NCBI RefSeq assembly: GCF_004010195.1
Contig: NC_057718.1
Location: forward strand, 92,977,569 to 93,041,568
Source of the DNA: Chiloscyllium plagiosum
Taxonomy: Eukaryota
DNA length: 64,000 nucleotides
Reading direction: 5' to 3'
In this document: positions 37,939 through 50,724 of the stretch, piece by piece
Position numbering within the stretch: position 1 is the stretch's first letter
How the letters are laid out: every line of letters begins with the position of its first letter
Notes under the pieces: generated by a model
Database searches by the model: none
Told to the model about the DNA's origin: nothing
The model's input: only the letters and a program-made list of their open reading frames with translations
Translations under genes and position numbers: made by a program

Positions 37939-38066
37939 GAGTTCTGATGAAGAGTCATTGGACCTGAAACATTAACTCAGCTTTCTCTCCACAGATCCTG
38001 CCAGACCTGCTGAGTTTTGCCAGCAATTTCTGCTTTTGCTTCAGATTTCCAGCAAATGCAGTTCTT
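37939..38066 (+). mobile_element. Family C short Penelope-like element with hammerhead motif at 37939-37978
   Basis: GAGTT CTGATGA A GAGTC ATTG GACCT GAAAC ATT AACTC, with a perfect 5-bp stem I. Confidence 0.7.
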
Positions 38067-39789
38067 AATTTTATTTTAGTGTCTATATCCAGCATACTTA
38101 TTTCCCCTTAAAGTTTTCCAGAAGGGAATGCAAAACGTTACAAGTATAAAGAGATTGCAGAAGACCACAGGTATGCAGGAAATTATAGGGCATCTATTTA
38201 CATTTTAATGCTCTGCCAAAGGTTGACACTCAAGCATTCAAAGTGACTTCAGCACTCTTTCATCCTTCTCTTCCGACCACTACATCTGGGTCCTGCTTTG
38301 ACAGCTGCAGCTGAGCCGGCAGAAACCTGTTGATTGTTTTCCCTCCTTGCCATTTGGCAGGTGTCCTCTGGTGGCAGTGGATCTTGATGGCTCTGGCACA
38401 ATGGGCATATCCTGCACAATTCTGGGCGCAACCACATCCACATTTGGATTCCTAGTGGAGGAGAGTTGTTGTGACAACTCTGGAGCTTTCTGAGAGGCCA
38501 ATTCCTGGTTGCCTGCCTTTTGCTCCTCATGTCTAGCTGTGTATATTTGCACCTCCTTTGCCTCTTGAGGCAGCTTGAGTGAGGTCAAGACCTGCTGGCC
38601 TCTGTCACTGAGCTATTGAGTGAACACATCTGTGGCTTGAGGGATTGAATAAAGATGCAGGCACATACCCTCCAGATACTGACTATTTTGCTGGACCTGG
38701 CTCCCCATGCTTACTGCCACTCACTGGAGGCAGCCATATGCCTGCTTACTGCAGCCATGACATCAGACAGAACTTGGGCAGATGCCTTGGCTTTTCACTC
38801 AAGCTTGTGCATGAACTTTGGCACCTTTGCTACATGTTGCAAGTCCCCGCACCTCTGTCAGCTCCTGGATAACTGAGTCCAGGGTCTCATCACCTGTTTC
38901 AGAATCAGCTAGTACAACTGCAGCATTTAAAAGGAATCTGAATAGGTATATGAATAGGAAGGGTTTGTGGGGATATGGGCTGGGTGCTGGCAGGTGAGAC
39001 TAGATTGGGTTGGGATAGCTGGTCGGCATGGACAGGTTGGACCGGGGGGTCTGTTTCCGTGCTGTACATCTCTATGACTAATGCTATGACAGGGGTTGTT
39101 CTCCAGCAGTCGTCCGAGTGTCAGAGTCTTCGGTTGTTACTTGCTCCTCTACATGCCGTTTTGTGTCAGGGCTGTGGTTATCAGAATGTGACCCTGCCCA
39201 GTCTACCCTCGACACATTATGCCCAGCGGTGGCAGTCTCTGCAGTGGCGGAGGGTGGGGAGGACAGTCTTTATTCTGTTTTCTTTGAGGTTCTTGCTGTT
39301 CATCTCAGGCACGTTCTTTGGGAGAGATGGGCCTGGCTGTTGGGGTTTTTTCATTGCCTGACCCTGGATTGTGAGTGGGATCCAGAGTTTCAGAGGAAAA
39401 ACAAAAAGCTTTCTTGGTCCCTAGATGCAGAAGCCTCACTTGAGGTTTATTGGTGTTTGATGTGTGGTTGGAATGATTTGCAGGATTTCTCATAGATGGC
39501 TGCAGGTATCCAAACTGCTCTTCCACACATGCACACTCACCTTGGTCTCCTGCCAAGTTGGCCTACTCCTGAATTTTTGCGAGCATCCTGATTTCAGATC
39601 CACAGCCCCATATGGTGACCCACACTCACACTGGTTCTGCACAATCTTCTCCCGCAGAAGGACAGAGGCATGAAAAGACATTAACCTGGGATTATGAGCA
39701 GCAATAGAAGCAGATAGAGTTGTGAATCCCTATTAATGTGACTGACCCTGTGTGAATCTGGCATGATGGATGTGGTACGGGAAGTTGTG

Positions 39790-40245
39790 AATTCCACCAA
39801 ATTGATTCCTGGGATGGCAGGACCGATGTGTGAGGAGAGATTGAGCCAGCTAGGATTGTATTCTCCGGACTTTAGAAGAATGAGGGGGAGAGATCTCATA
39901 GAAACCTCTGAAGCTTCATCAGGATTAGACAGGTCAGATACAGGAAGGATGCTCCCAATGATGAGGGATTCCAGAGCCAGGGGTCACAGTTTAAGGATTA
40001 GGGGTAAACTCTTTAGAGCTAAGATGAGGAGAAATGTCTTCAGCCTGTGGAATTCTCTGCGACAGAATGTGGCTGAGGCCAAAATATTCTGTGTTTTCAA
40101 GAAAAGGTAGGTATAACCCTTGTGACTAAAGGGATAAGGAATATGGGGGAGTGACTAGCGTTCTGAGCTCGATGATACAGCCATGATCAGATTGAATGAC
40201 TTAAGAGGCTGAATAGCCTACTCCTGCTCCATGTTTCTATGTTTT
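39790..40245 (+). mobile_element. CR1 LINE 3' fragment
   Basis: ORF 39763-40110 contains TKLIPGMAG..EERLSQLGLYS..RGHSLRIRGK. Confidence 0.85.
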
Positions 40246-40989
40246 TACAAGTGACAGGCTCTGAATGGAAGATGGTTGATTTGGGGAAAGAGTTGGCTCT
40301 CGTGGCAACCCAATAAAACTTTATGTGATGTGTGCATCTGAAATTTGTGTGAGAAGATCCAGTTATTTAAGATTTGGCCTGTAATTCCACTTTATTTATG
40401 AGCCCAGCGATTAAAAAGAATATTTAAGTATATGATCAGTATAGAGATAAAGGCCATTGCATGATAGCATTTGTTTAGATCATTGGTCTGATCAGGCTGG
40501 AGAAAGCTGCAGCAGCGAACTTTAATTTCTGCTATAATTTGTACTAGAGCAGCATTTTGTTGACTGTGCTTTTTCCCAAAGCCTGCTTTTGTGTTGGTGT
40601 TGGGGGCCCTAGTACGCCTTTGGTGAGAAACTCTATGATATCTAGGTTCTCTGAGTTGTGATGCAATGTCAATGAGCTGATGGAACGTGAATTGTTAAGT
40701 GTTGTAAGTAACATACCCTCTAATATTATCTGACCTCCAAGGTCTGTGTGTGGCAGTGACTTCCAGAGGACAATGCGTCTGCTGGCCACTCCATGTGCGT
40801 GGACCCTCTGGCTGGTTGTCCAGCCATGCAGCTCAGATGGAAACGTTGATCTATGAAAGATAGAAGAGAGGCAGCTGCACAGTGCTGTGAGTTAGATAAC
40901 ATAGGTCGGTGCATTGAAGTGACAGAGATTGATTGCAAATGGGGCATGCATTGGAAATGTCCAGTGCAATGGCTGCAACTGGCATTTAT

Positions 40990-41232
40990 AAGGGCATGGT
41001 GGATCGAATAGCTCTTGCCCTATCCGTGCACAAGAGATCTATCATTTTCTAGTGGGACTACTTAGTCACACCTCCAGGTGTCATAGGCACTGACTGGCAA
41101 AGCCACCACCATCTGGGCTGGCTCAGTGACTTGGGCCAGACTCATCTCTTGGAAAGAGGATCTTCCTTCGTTTGACAGCTTCTTCCGGCCTTGTTCTTCG
41201 GGAGGGGTCGCTGAAACACGGCACTGGTTTTC
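40990..41232 (-). mobile_element. Possible PIF/Harbinger relic (decayed Myb/SANT-like ORF)
   Basis: Manual minus-strand translation gives PCFSD...EEAVKRRKILFPRD...VVALPVSA...KMIDLL, with stops and frameshifts. Confidence 0.4.
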
Positions 41233-41999
41233 ACCAGATCTCTTGACATGTTGAAGGGCAAGTGGGGTTAATAAATGGACCGCATGCTTCCAAATTGCAG
41301 GGAAATGGAAAAACAGGGGCTGTGATCATCAGAATGTGACCCCAATCTACATTAGATACATTACCCACGATGATGGACGTTTCTGCACTGGTGGAGCGTG
41401 ACTGTGGAAATGCTTTTAAAAATATGGTGTCTGGAGGTCTGAGTACAAAAGGTCCAGGGACAGGTAGAACATTCCATTGACCTGCCACTGAAACTCGGCG
41501 TACACTCCAGACATGCACTTGTAATGAGCTTAAAAGAACCTAATTTGGCAATCCACCCCTCAGAGGAAGTTGCTCTTGTTGTTTGGAACCGCCTCTACAC
41601 TTAGCCTCAGGACATACTACTATGGACAAAGGACCTGCTTTCAGACAGGCAGCACATGGTGGAGATGATGATGATGATGATGAGAAAATGTTAACTTCAT
41701 ACCAAGTACCAGGATGACACTATTTTACGTCTTTAGTGCTATGTTGGAAAAGCTACATTTAAAAGATTGAAAATCAAGATGGGTTCCAAGACTTACCAGA
41801 TGTCTCTTGTGGATTAAAAAACTATCTTACTGTCACAGAAGGCAAAGAGGACATATCTCATTGTAGGTCAGACACCTTGACACCTTCATTAAAATGGCAA
41901 TGATTTTCCTTTCAAACAAAAGACTTGTGACTGAAAATACAGGGAGGAGAAACCAACTCAACCAGTTTATTGGATTAGCACAACACCTTATTTGGTCAA

Positions 42000-42181
42000 G
42001 ATTTGAAGATGCCGGTGTTGGACTGGGGTGTACAAAGTTAAAAATCACACAACACCAGGTTATAATCCAACAGGTTTAATTGGAAGCACTAGCTTTCGGA
42101 GTGCACAACCACCTGATGAAGGAACGGTGCTCCGAAAGCTAGTGCTTCCAATTAAACCTGTTTGACTATAAAAAACTGGTG
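42000..42181. mobile_element. Fold-back family B element with hammerhead motif at 42110-42144 (+)
   Basis: CAC CTGATGA A GGAAC GGT GCTCC GAAA GCTA GTG; TSD ttatttgg(t/a)caa at 41988-41999 and 42182-42193. Confidence 0.85.
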
Positions 42182-44979
42182 TTATTTGGACAATGTCGTG
42201 ACACTTCATGAACAGTCACATGATGAGGTGGCTGTTGTTGCTTCCTGCTAAAAGTATATTAGCACAATTCCAACGGGCTTTCAGGACAATTCTATCAAAC
42301 TGAGAAAGTAGAGCAAGCAAAACCATTAGATCACCACTGTCGCTGAAGCAGCCAAAGTATCTAACTGCAATATCTTGAAAAAGATGGACTCTCATCTGAT
42401 TTGTGTCAATTTTCAGTTCACTGGAGAACAACTACAGGAATGTTTACAGCTGCTAATTCCAAAAATGTGCAGAACAGGTGGCCCCTCCATACTAAATTGC
42501 CCATAGCGTCCATGGATGCACAGGCTAGGTGGATTAGCCATGGGAAATGCAGGGTCAGGAGATAGGGTAGGATTGTGGGTTGGTTAGCTTGCTTTTCAGA
42601 GGGTTGGTATGGACTTTGTGGACTGAATGGTATGTTTCCATGATTCTATGATTCTAAGTAATTTTTTCTTTCTCAAAACCTTCAGAATAGTCAAAACATC
42701 AATTCAACTAAACACAGTTATCTAGACTTGAAATGTTATCTTGCTCTCTCTCCATGGATGCTGCCTGACCCGCTGTGATTTCCAGCAATTTTTTATTTCC
42801 AGTAGATTCCAGCATCTGCAGTAATTAGCTCCTACTAAAAAGCATCAGACCCGAAATAAAATTAAGACACTGAGTTAAATTCAATTTTTATATTAACTGT
42901 TTTTATCTCAGTTTGTTTGTGTGTGTGTGTGTGTGTTGCGACAAGATGTGGGATGCCAAATTTTCATTGAGCTGTGAGGCAAATATGTAGAAATAAAACA
43001 AATTTTAAAAGCACAAAAGCTTGCTGCTGGGCTATTAAAACTCCAAGGGTAAGAAAATATACATTTACAAAGATAAATATAATAATTACATGCAACTAAA
43101 AAGAAGGACCTAAAATTTGTCCATGATGTCAAGAAGAACAAAAGAGGTGATTTGTTTTAAGTTGGTGACTGAGATTTTTAAAACCTAGGAGTAGTTAAAT
43201 GATTCCTTTTGTCGAAGATCATAACTGTTAGATAACCAGAAATAAAACTGCATTTCCTAATTTTCAGTAGTGACTATAATTCTAAACAACAGAGCTGTTT
43301 ATAGGCTTTAACAAGGTTTGAAATGTGACATTGTGGAAGGAGTTTTATGAATGAAAGTCCTCTTCAACTCCAATAGGGAATTCAGGAATATCATCTTTAC
43401 TCTGAGATTGGTTAAAATATGGAATTTGCTACATAGCGCAAGGAGTGGTTCAGACAAATAGTATTTAAGGAAAAGCCAGATTAATGGATGAAGTGGAAAG
43501 AAATGGCTGGATGAGATGAAATGTTGTGGGATGGGAAAAGGCATGTTTTGACATAGACCAGTTCTGCTGAAAGGGCTGTTTCTGTTTGGTGAATTCCATG
43601 CGACATAACATGTCATATTGTCAGTGGCAATATTCTGTTAAAATTGGTCATAGAATGAAGATTTGTTTCAACACTAGTGTGGCAAATATGCTTGTTGTAA
43701 TGCTTCCCTTAATGAACAATGTAAAAATGGAAATACTTTGGCACACTAACCGAGCAGTTCTATCGGAGGAAACAAAATTGAATGCAAATGGGATTATTAA
43801 TCAGAGTGAAAAACTAAGATATAGCTTCGAAATGACAAAGTACTGCAACATACACTGTAGCAAAGATTTCAACATTTTCACCAAATCTGTTAGGAAGACA
43901 AACTAATTTGGCAGTCCTTTCTGTATTCCCTCAAAATAAATATTACTGGGATTTTAGAATTCTCATTGACTACTGTTGCAGCCAGATTTCAAAAGTGTAA
44001 ACATATATAATATCAATGTTAGATCATAATAGTAATCTTTTCCCATGATTGCATAATTACAAAGTCAAGTACAAAGGTGTTTGATCTTTCATTTGTGCAA
44101 AGACGTAAAAACCAACAAAAATGGCAATGAGGTGGGAGATAAAATAGAGCTATGTAGCTGCGCTGACTGACTTTTGATTCATTTGAAAACAACATCTGCA
44201 GTTCATTACATCAAAGCCAGGTTGCTCTTTAACAAAACATTCTGTCAGATAATAGGTTGATAGGAGAGGGAAGCTGCGTGATAAATATCATTTTCAATTG
44301 CACAAAATCAATAGAGTTCTGTACGAAAATAAAAACCTAGTTCCTGAATGAACTCTGAAAAAAAAATAGTGGTGTTCCAATCTTGAAAAGTAGAAGATGA
44401 AATATAAAACTTACTGCTGTGAGAAGAACCAGCATATTTAATATTAGGCCAAAATTTCCACTTAACTTATGAGCTCAGTGATTGAAAAAGAGTATTTGAA
44501 GATATGTTCAGTATAGAGATGAGGGTCCTAGCATGACAGCCTTTATTTAATTCATTGGTCTGATCAGGCTAGAGAAAGTTACTGTAGTGAACTTTCATTG
44601 CTGCTACAATTTTTACAGAGACTGGAGAAGTATTTTGATGACTGAAGAAATAGTAAGGCGTGTTTCAGATAAATATCTTGCTTTTGTTGAGAAAAGACAC
44701 AGCACTTAACTTGCACCATACTGATAGAATTATAAATAAGACAATTCAATCAGTTAACATACGATGTGGGTGCTCATTGGGAGTGACCAAAAGAAAAAGC
44801 CAAGGTAGAAGGAAATGCAAAATTCATGAGGTAGCTGCAATACAAGTGTGTAATGGCCTGAAAGGGTTTGTACTGAGTCAGGGAAGCAAAGGGCAGAATA
44901 TTACTTTGTCAGCTGTGTGAATTACATTGAATGTTTTGGCGGCATTTCACCACAAAGAATATTAGGATTTCTTGAATTT

Positions 44980-45510
44980 CTTAATTCACTTGCGGGATGT
45001 GGGCATCACTGACTGGACCACCGCTTACTGCCCATCCCTAATTGCCCTTGAGAAGGTAGTGGTGAGCTGCCTTCTTCAACCGCTACAGTCCATGTGCTTT
45101 GGGTTGATCCACTTAGGGAGCGAATCGCAGGATTTGACCCAACGACAGTGAAGGAACGTCAATATATTGCCAAGTCAAGATAGTGAGTGGCTTGGACAGA
45201 ACTTGCAGGTGGTGGTGTCTCTTGTCCTTCTAGATGGTAGAGGAAGGTGGGTTGGGAAGGTGCTGTCTGAGGATCTTTGGTGAATTTCTGCAGTGCATCC
45301 TGTAGAAAGTACACACTGCTGCAACTGTGTGTGATGGAGGGAGTGGATGCTTGTGGATGCAATACCAATCAAGCAGGCTGCTTTGTCCTGGATGGAGTCA
45401 AGCTTCTTGAGTGTAAATGGAACCGTACTCATTCAGGCAAGTGGGGAATAATGTGCTTTGTAAATGATGGACTTGTCTTGGGGAGTCAGGAGGTGGGTTA
45501 CTTGCTGCAC
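44980..45510 (-). mobile_element. CR1/L2-group LINE 3' fragment, a different family from HER
   Basis: Minus ORF TLKKLDSIQDKAACLIG..SIHSLHH; a related tail piece lies at about 35010-35350. Confidence 0.65.
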
Positions 45511-46249
45511 ATCATTTCAAATTCCCCTCGTTAGCGACCAACTCTGCCCATATGGTGTATCTCTTATCTAATTCTGGCTCCATCTTACCCTGTACCATTC
45601 CTAGAACGGTTCTCCATTCACTGGATATCCACCAAAACCAGCATCCCTGGCACCTATGCCATGTTTAAAAGGCCTCTGTGCAACCAGACAAGCATTGGCA
45701 TTCCAAACCTGCCCATTTTTCTCATGAATTTTCATGACAGGGACAATGCTGCCACTATTCTCTGTCAGGGACCTGGAGATCCTGCTGGACAAGGGGTTGC
45801 AAAAAAGTGGCATTCTATTTCTGGAGGACCAATAGAGGAGGCCATGATACCAGATCCTGGCAGTCTGGTCTGAGGTCACTACCTGGGAGAGCCTCAAGGG
45901 TGTGGAAGAATGGCTAGCAGAACCACAAGGTAGTCAATGCCCTTCTTTGCTTCACCAGGGTAAGTGGCACATTGTTCACTCCTCACTTCATGCTTACTCT
46001 GTCTTGGCTAGTCCACCACCTCCCCACCAAGGCTCATGCTCTCCCAGTCTGATTATTGCTTGTACCATTATCCCTCACCATCTCTCATCCCACCTAGAAC
46101 TTCTTCATCCCTGATCCTGCGTAGCCTTGGGTGGTTCCTTACTTCAGTATATTGGAACACCTCATCACTTCTCTCTATCCGCACCAGCAGTAACAGCCAT
46201 GTCTGCTTCTGTTCTCTTAATCCTTCCCTTTATTTAATTGTAGGAGAAG

Positions 46250-48800
46250 ACATCATCCCTGTGCCTAAGAAGGCTCATGCAGCATGTCTCAATGACTACT
46301 GCCCAGTGGCCCTAACTTTGGTGGTCATGAAGTGCTTTGAAAGGCTGGTCATGGTGTTAATCAACTCCAGCCTCCCCACTACTCTTGACCCACTCCGATT
46401 TGCCTATTAGACCAACAGATCCACATCAGATGCCATATCACTTGACCTTCACTCCTCCCTAGAACGTCTTGACACCAAGAACAGCTACATAAGAATCCTA
46501 CTCATTGACTACGGTTCAGCCTTCAACACTATTGTTGCCTTGAGACTGATTACTAAATTGAGTTTTGAGAAGATTTATAGCTGAAAGATTCATTTCCAGA
46601 CGTTTCTTCAACATATTAGGTAACATCTTCAGTGGGCCTCCGCGGGCAGCACTGCTGCTGATTCTTACTCTCTATTTATATGTTTGGGTTTCTTTGGGTT
46701 GGTGATGTCATTTACTGGGGTGATGTCATTTCCTGTTCTTTTTCTCAGGGGGTTGGTAGATGGGGTCTAACTCAATGTGTTTGTTGATAGAGTTCTGGTT
46801 GGAATGCCATGCTTCTAAGAATTCTCATGTGTGTCTCTGTTTGGCTTGCCCTAGGATGGATGTGTTGTCCCAATCAAAGTGGTGTCCTTCCTTATCCATA
46901 TGTAAGGATACTAGTGAGAGAGGGTCATGTCGTTTTATGGCTAGTTGATGTTCATGTATTCTGCTGGCTAGTTTTCTGCCTGTTTGTCCAATGTAGTGTT
47001 TGTTACAGTCCTTACTCGGTATTTTGTAAATGGCATCAGTTTTGCTTGTTGTCTTGTATACGGGCTTTCAAGTTCATTAGCTGCTGAGTAGTCTGGCAGT
47101 CACCCTAACCACTGTCCCCGACATCAAAGACCTCTTGGAAATGACTGCCAGACTACTCAGACCCTTTGGCATCATGGTAACCCACAAACCCACCAACACA
47201 CTAAAACAGCAGCTGGTGAACTTGAAAGACCCTATAAGACAACAAGTAAAACTAATGTCATTTACAAAATACCGTGCAAGGACTGTAACAAGCACTACAA
47301 TGCACAAACAGGCAGAAAAATAGCCACCAGAATACATGAATATCAACTAGCCACAAAACAAAATGACCCTCTCTCACTAGTATCCTTACATACAGATAAG
47401 GAAGGACACCACTTCGACTAGGACAACACATTCATTCTAGGACAAGCCAAACAGAGACACACACGAGAATTCCTAGAAGCATGGCATTCCAACCGGAACT
47501 CTATCAACAAACACATCAAGTTAGACCCCATCTACCACACCCCCTGAGAAAAAGAACAGGACATGACAGCACCACAGGAAATGACATCACTGACCCAAAG
47601 AAACCCAAACATATAAACAGAAAGCAAGAATCAGCAGCAGTGCTTTGACCGGAGGCCCACTGAAGATGTTACCTAGTAAGGTGATGAAAAGTCTAGAAAT
47701 GAAATATCCAGCTCAGCGAGCAAACCTACATCCAGAACTGATTATTAAACTTAATGATCTCGGACTAAGCCCCACTCTCTGCAATTGGATCTTCAGTTTC
47801 CTGACCCACAGGCCACAGTCAGTGAAGATTGAGGACAATATTCCAACCTCACTAACACTCAACACTGGAGCACCCCAGGGGTACATACTCAGCTCCCTAC
47901 TGTACTCACTGTATACCTATGACTGCGTCACCTCATACCAGATTAATGCCATTTACAAGTTCACTAATGACACCACCATAGTCGGTCAAATCTCAGAAGG
48001 TGATGAAACAGACTACAGATGGGAGGTGGAAGACCTGGAAAAATGGTGGTCTGAGAACAACCTAACTCTCAATGCCGGCAAAATCAAGAAACTCATTATT
48101 GACTTTCAACGGGATGTTACTCATGCCCCCCTACACATTAACAGCACAGAGGTGGAACGAGTGGAGAGTGTCAAGCTCCTGGGAGTGGTCATCCACAACA
48201 AGCTTCCTTGGACTCTTCATGCGGACACACTGGTTACAAAGGCCCAACAACATCTCTTCTTTCTCAGGCAGCTGAAGAAATTTGGCATGATGGCAAATAC
48301 CCTTGCCAATTTTTAAAGGTGCGCCATCAAAAGCATTCTGTCTGGATATATCACTACCTGGTATGGCAACTGAAAATCAAAGTCAGAGATGGTTACAGAG
48401 AGTGGTGAACTCAGCCCGGACAATCACAAAGGCTAACCTCCCATCTATAGAATCCATTTACCAGGCCCGCTGTCAAGGAAAGGCCGCCAGCATTCTCAAA
48501 GATCCATCCCACTCTGGCAATGTTTTTCTGGAACCTCTACCATCAGGAAGAAGGTACAGAAACCTGAACACACGCACCAGTCGGTTTTGAAACAGTTTCT
48601 ACCCTACTGTTGTGAGAATACAGAATGGACTCACAAACTCTTGATATTCGCCTGCACCTGTGTTTTTGTTTTTGTTGCTGATAACCTATTATTTACTATC
48701 CATGCTCCTTAACTCTGTGATCTGCCTGTATTGCTCACAAGACAAAGCTTTTCACTGTGCTCGATACACGTGACAATAAATTCAATTCAATTCAATTCAA
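46250..48800 (+). mobile_element. Rex1/Babar-clade LINE, 5'-truncated, split by a Penelope insertion
   Basis: [37 protein letters not shown] and LGLSPTLCNWIFSFLTHRPQSV..LNTGAPQGYILSSLLYSLYT..KFTNDTT; tail gtgacaataaa(ttcaa)n. Confidence 0.9.
46558..47736. mobile_element. Penelope-like element, fold-back of two inverted 3' halves with GIY-YIG remnant and hammerhead motifs
   Basis: Right arm encodes NVIYKIPCKDCNKHY..QTGRK..TRIHE (GIY-YIG) and the left arm is its reverse complement. TSD actgatta(c/t)taaa at 46545-46557 and 47737-47749. Confidence 0.9.
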
Positions 48801-49079
48801 AAATTGTCTAGGTGGGTGCAATGGTGCCTTGTACATTAGCAGCAAAGAGAATCTTATATCCAACAGGAGAAGACTGACACTGCTCCTGCTGGGATGCTGA
48901 TACATCTATGTCCTGCCCCCTGAATAAATGTCACTCTTCAATCCACTGAAATTCTCACAGTAATTGCACCATCAGTGTCATTCAATGCACACCATTGCTA
49001 ACTACTAGCCGTGAAGCCTTCTCTCTACTTTGTTATTAGTGAGTCTCCACAGGGAAATAATTGGCTTACTGAGACACCA

Positions 49080-49685
49080 TAAGTTCATAAGTTCATAAGG
49101 TGCAGTAGCAGAGTTAGGCCATTCGGCCCAGTGAGTCTGCTCCACCATTTAATCATGTCTGATAAGCTCCTCACCCCCATTTTCCTGCCTTCTCCCATAA
49201 CCCTTCAACCCATTATCAATTAAAAATCTGTCTCACTCCTCCTTAAATTTACTCACTGCCCCAGCATCCATTGCACGTTGAGGCAGTGAATTCCACTGAT
49301 TCATAACCCTATGGGGGGGGATGTAGTTTCTCCTCAACTCTGTTTTAAATATGCTACCCTTTACCCTAAGATATGACTTCTTGTCTTAGAATGCCCCACA
49401 AGAGGAAGCCTTTGCTCCACGTCTATACTTTTTGCCATCTTGAATACCTCAATTTAATCTCCCCTCATGTTTCTGAATGCCAGAGAGGAGAGGCCAAAAC
49501 CGTTCAAACTCTCTTCCTACGACAAACCCCTTATCTCCAGGATCAACCTAATGAACCTCCTCTGAACTACCTCCAATGCCACTACATCTTTCCTCAAATA
49601 AGGGGACCAAAACTGTGCACAATACACCAGGTGCGGTCTTACCAATGCTTTGTATAGTTGCAACAATACTTCCTTACCTTTATAT
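49080..49685 (-). mobile_element. CR1 LINE 3' fragment
   Basis: (cataagtt)n tail; reverse complement of VRPHLVYCAQFWSP. Confidence 0.85.
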
Positions 49686-49864
49686 TTTGTTCATTTCCTC
49701 AAAATCTGAGGATGAGAGTATGGAGACCTCAGAGGGAACATTGACCAGATTGCCTCTTGTGCTGCCCTCCACCTACTCAGAGACTGACCCTGTGGTGAGA
49801 TGGTCACATCTAGAAGTTTTGGGAGTACTGCTGGTGAGCACTTCAGTGCAACAGCTCTGCAGCT

Positions 49865-50512
49865 TATTATGGACCAGGCCAGAAACCCTGCAAACATTTC
49901 AAGAAGGTAGCCCGGACCCTAACTTTGCTAGTTGCTTTAAGCAGCTGTAAAATGGATATTCCAGGAATGATGCAGTTGGCCCAACCACTTAATTTTAAAT
50001 AAAACAGAACTTATTTGCAAGATTATCGAATAAAACACAAATAAAAGAGAACTGAATATAGAATAACTTAACCTATCCGCAAACCCAACAGACTATCCCA
50101 ACTTAATTATGCTGTTTCAAATACTTGCAACAATCCCCACAAACACCCTTTGGCTCAAAAAAGGAAAAATCAAACACAGGGTCTTGCAGGAAAGATGTCA
50201 AAGAGAGGGAGGATCAGCGTGGACCTGCTTCTTTGGATCCAGCAGCTTCACAACTGACTGACTCCTTTCAGTGAACAGCCAAACCAAACCAAAGTAAAGG
50301 TGAGCTGGGAGAACTGACCACTCCTGTTTCATTGTATAAGTGATTATTTAAAAAAAAACTTGAAAGCCTTTTGTCTGAGGCAGTATCTGTTAGCTGTTAT
50401 CAAATTAGCCCAAAAAACTTTCAACGCTAGACCTTTCAGAATCGCTTTTACGACCTCTCTTAAAAAAAAGCCAAGAACAGCATTACCTTGTTAAAGGAGC
50501 AGCATCGTCACA
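49865..50512 (-). mobile_element. Probable solo LTR related to 33066-33702
   Basis: Minus strand starts tgtgacgatgctgctcctttaacaaggta and ends ctggcctggtccataata; 4-bp flanks agct/aact. Confidence 0.6.
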
Positions 50513-50533
50513 AACTAACCCATGAAGAAATAT

Positions 50534-50692
50534 GTGTTGAAAAATGTGGTGCTGGAAAAACACATTTTGAACGTAGATTTCTCCAGCTTCCTCATTTCTC
50601 CTGCTCCTCGGATGCTGCCTGGCCTGCTGCATTTTTCCAGCACCACATTTTTCAACTCTGGTCTCCAGCATCTGCAGTCCTCACTTTCTCCT
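50534..50692. mobile_element. Family A fold-back element
   Basis: Arms gttgaaaaatgtggtgctggaaaaa / tttttccagcaccacatttttcaac; TSD ccatgaagaaa(t/c)at at 50520-50533 and 50693-50706. Confidence 0.75.
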
Positions 50693-50724
50693 CCATGAAG
50701 AAACATCCCAAGTCATTGGCATTT

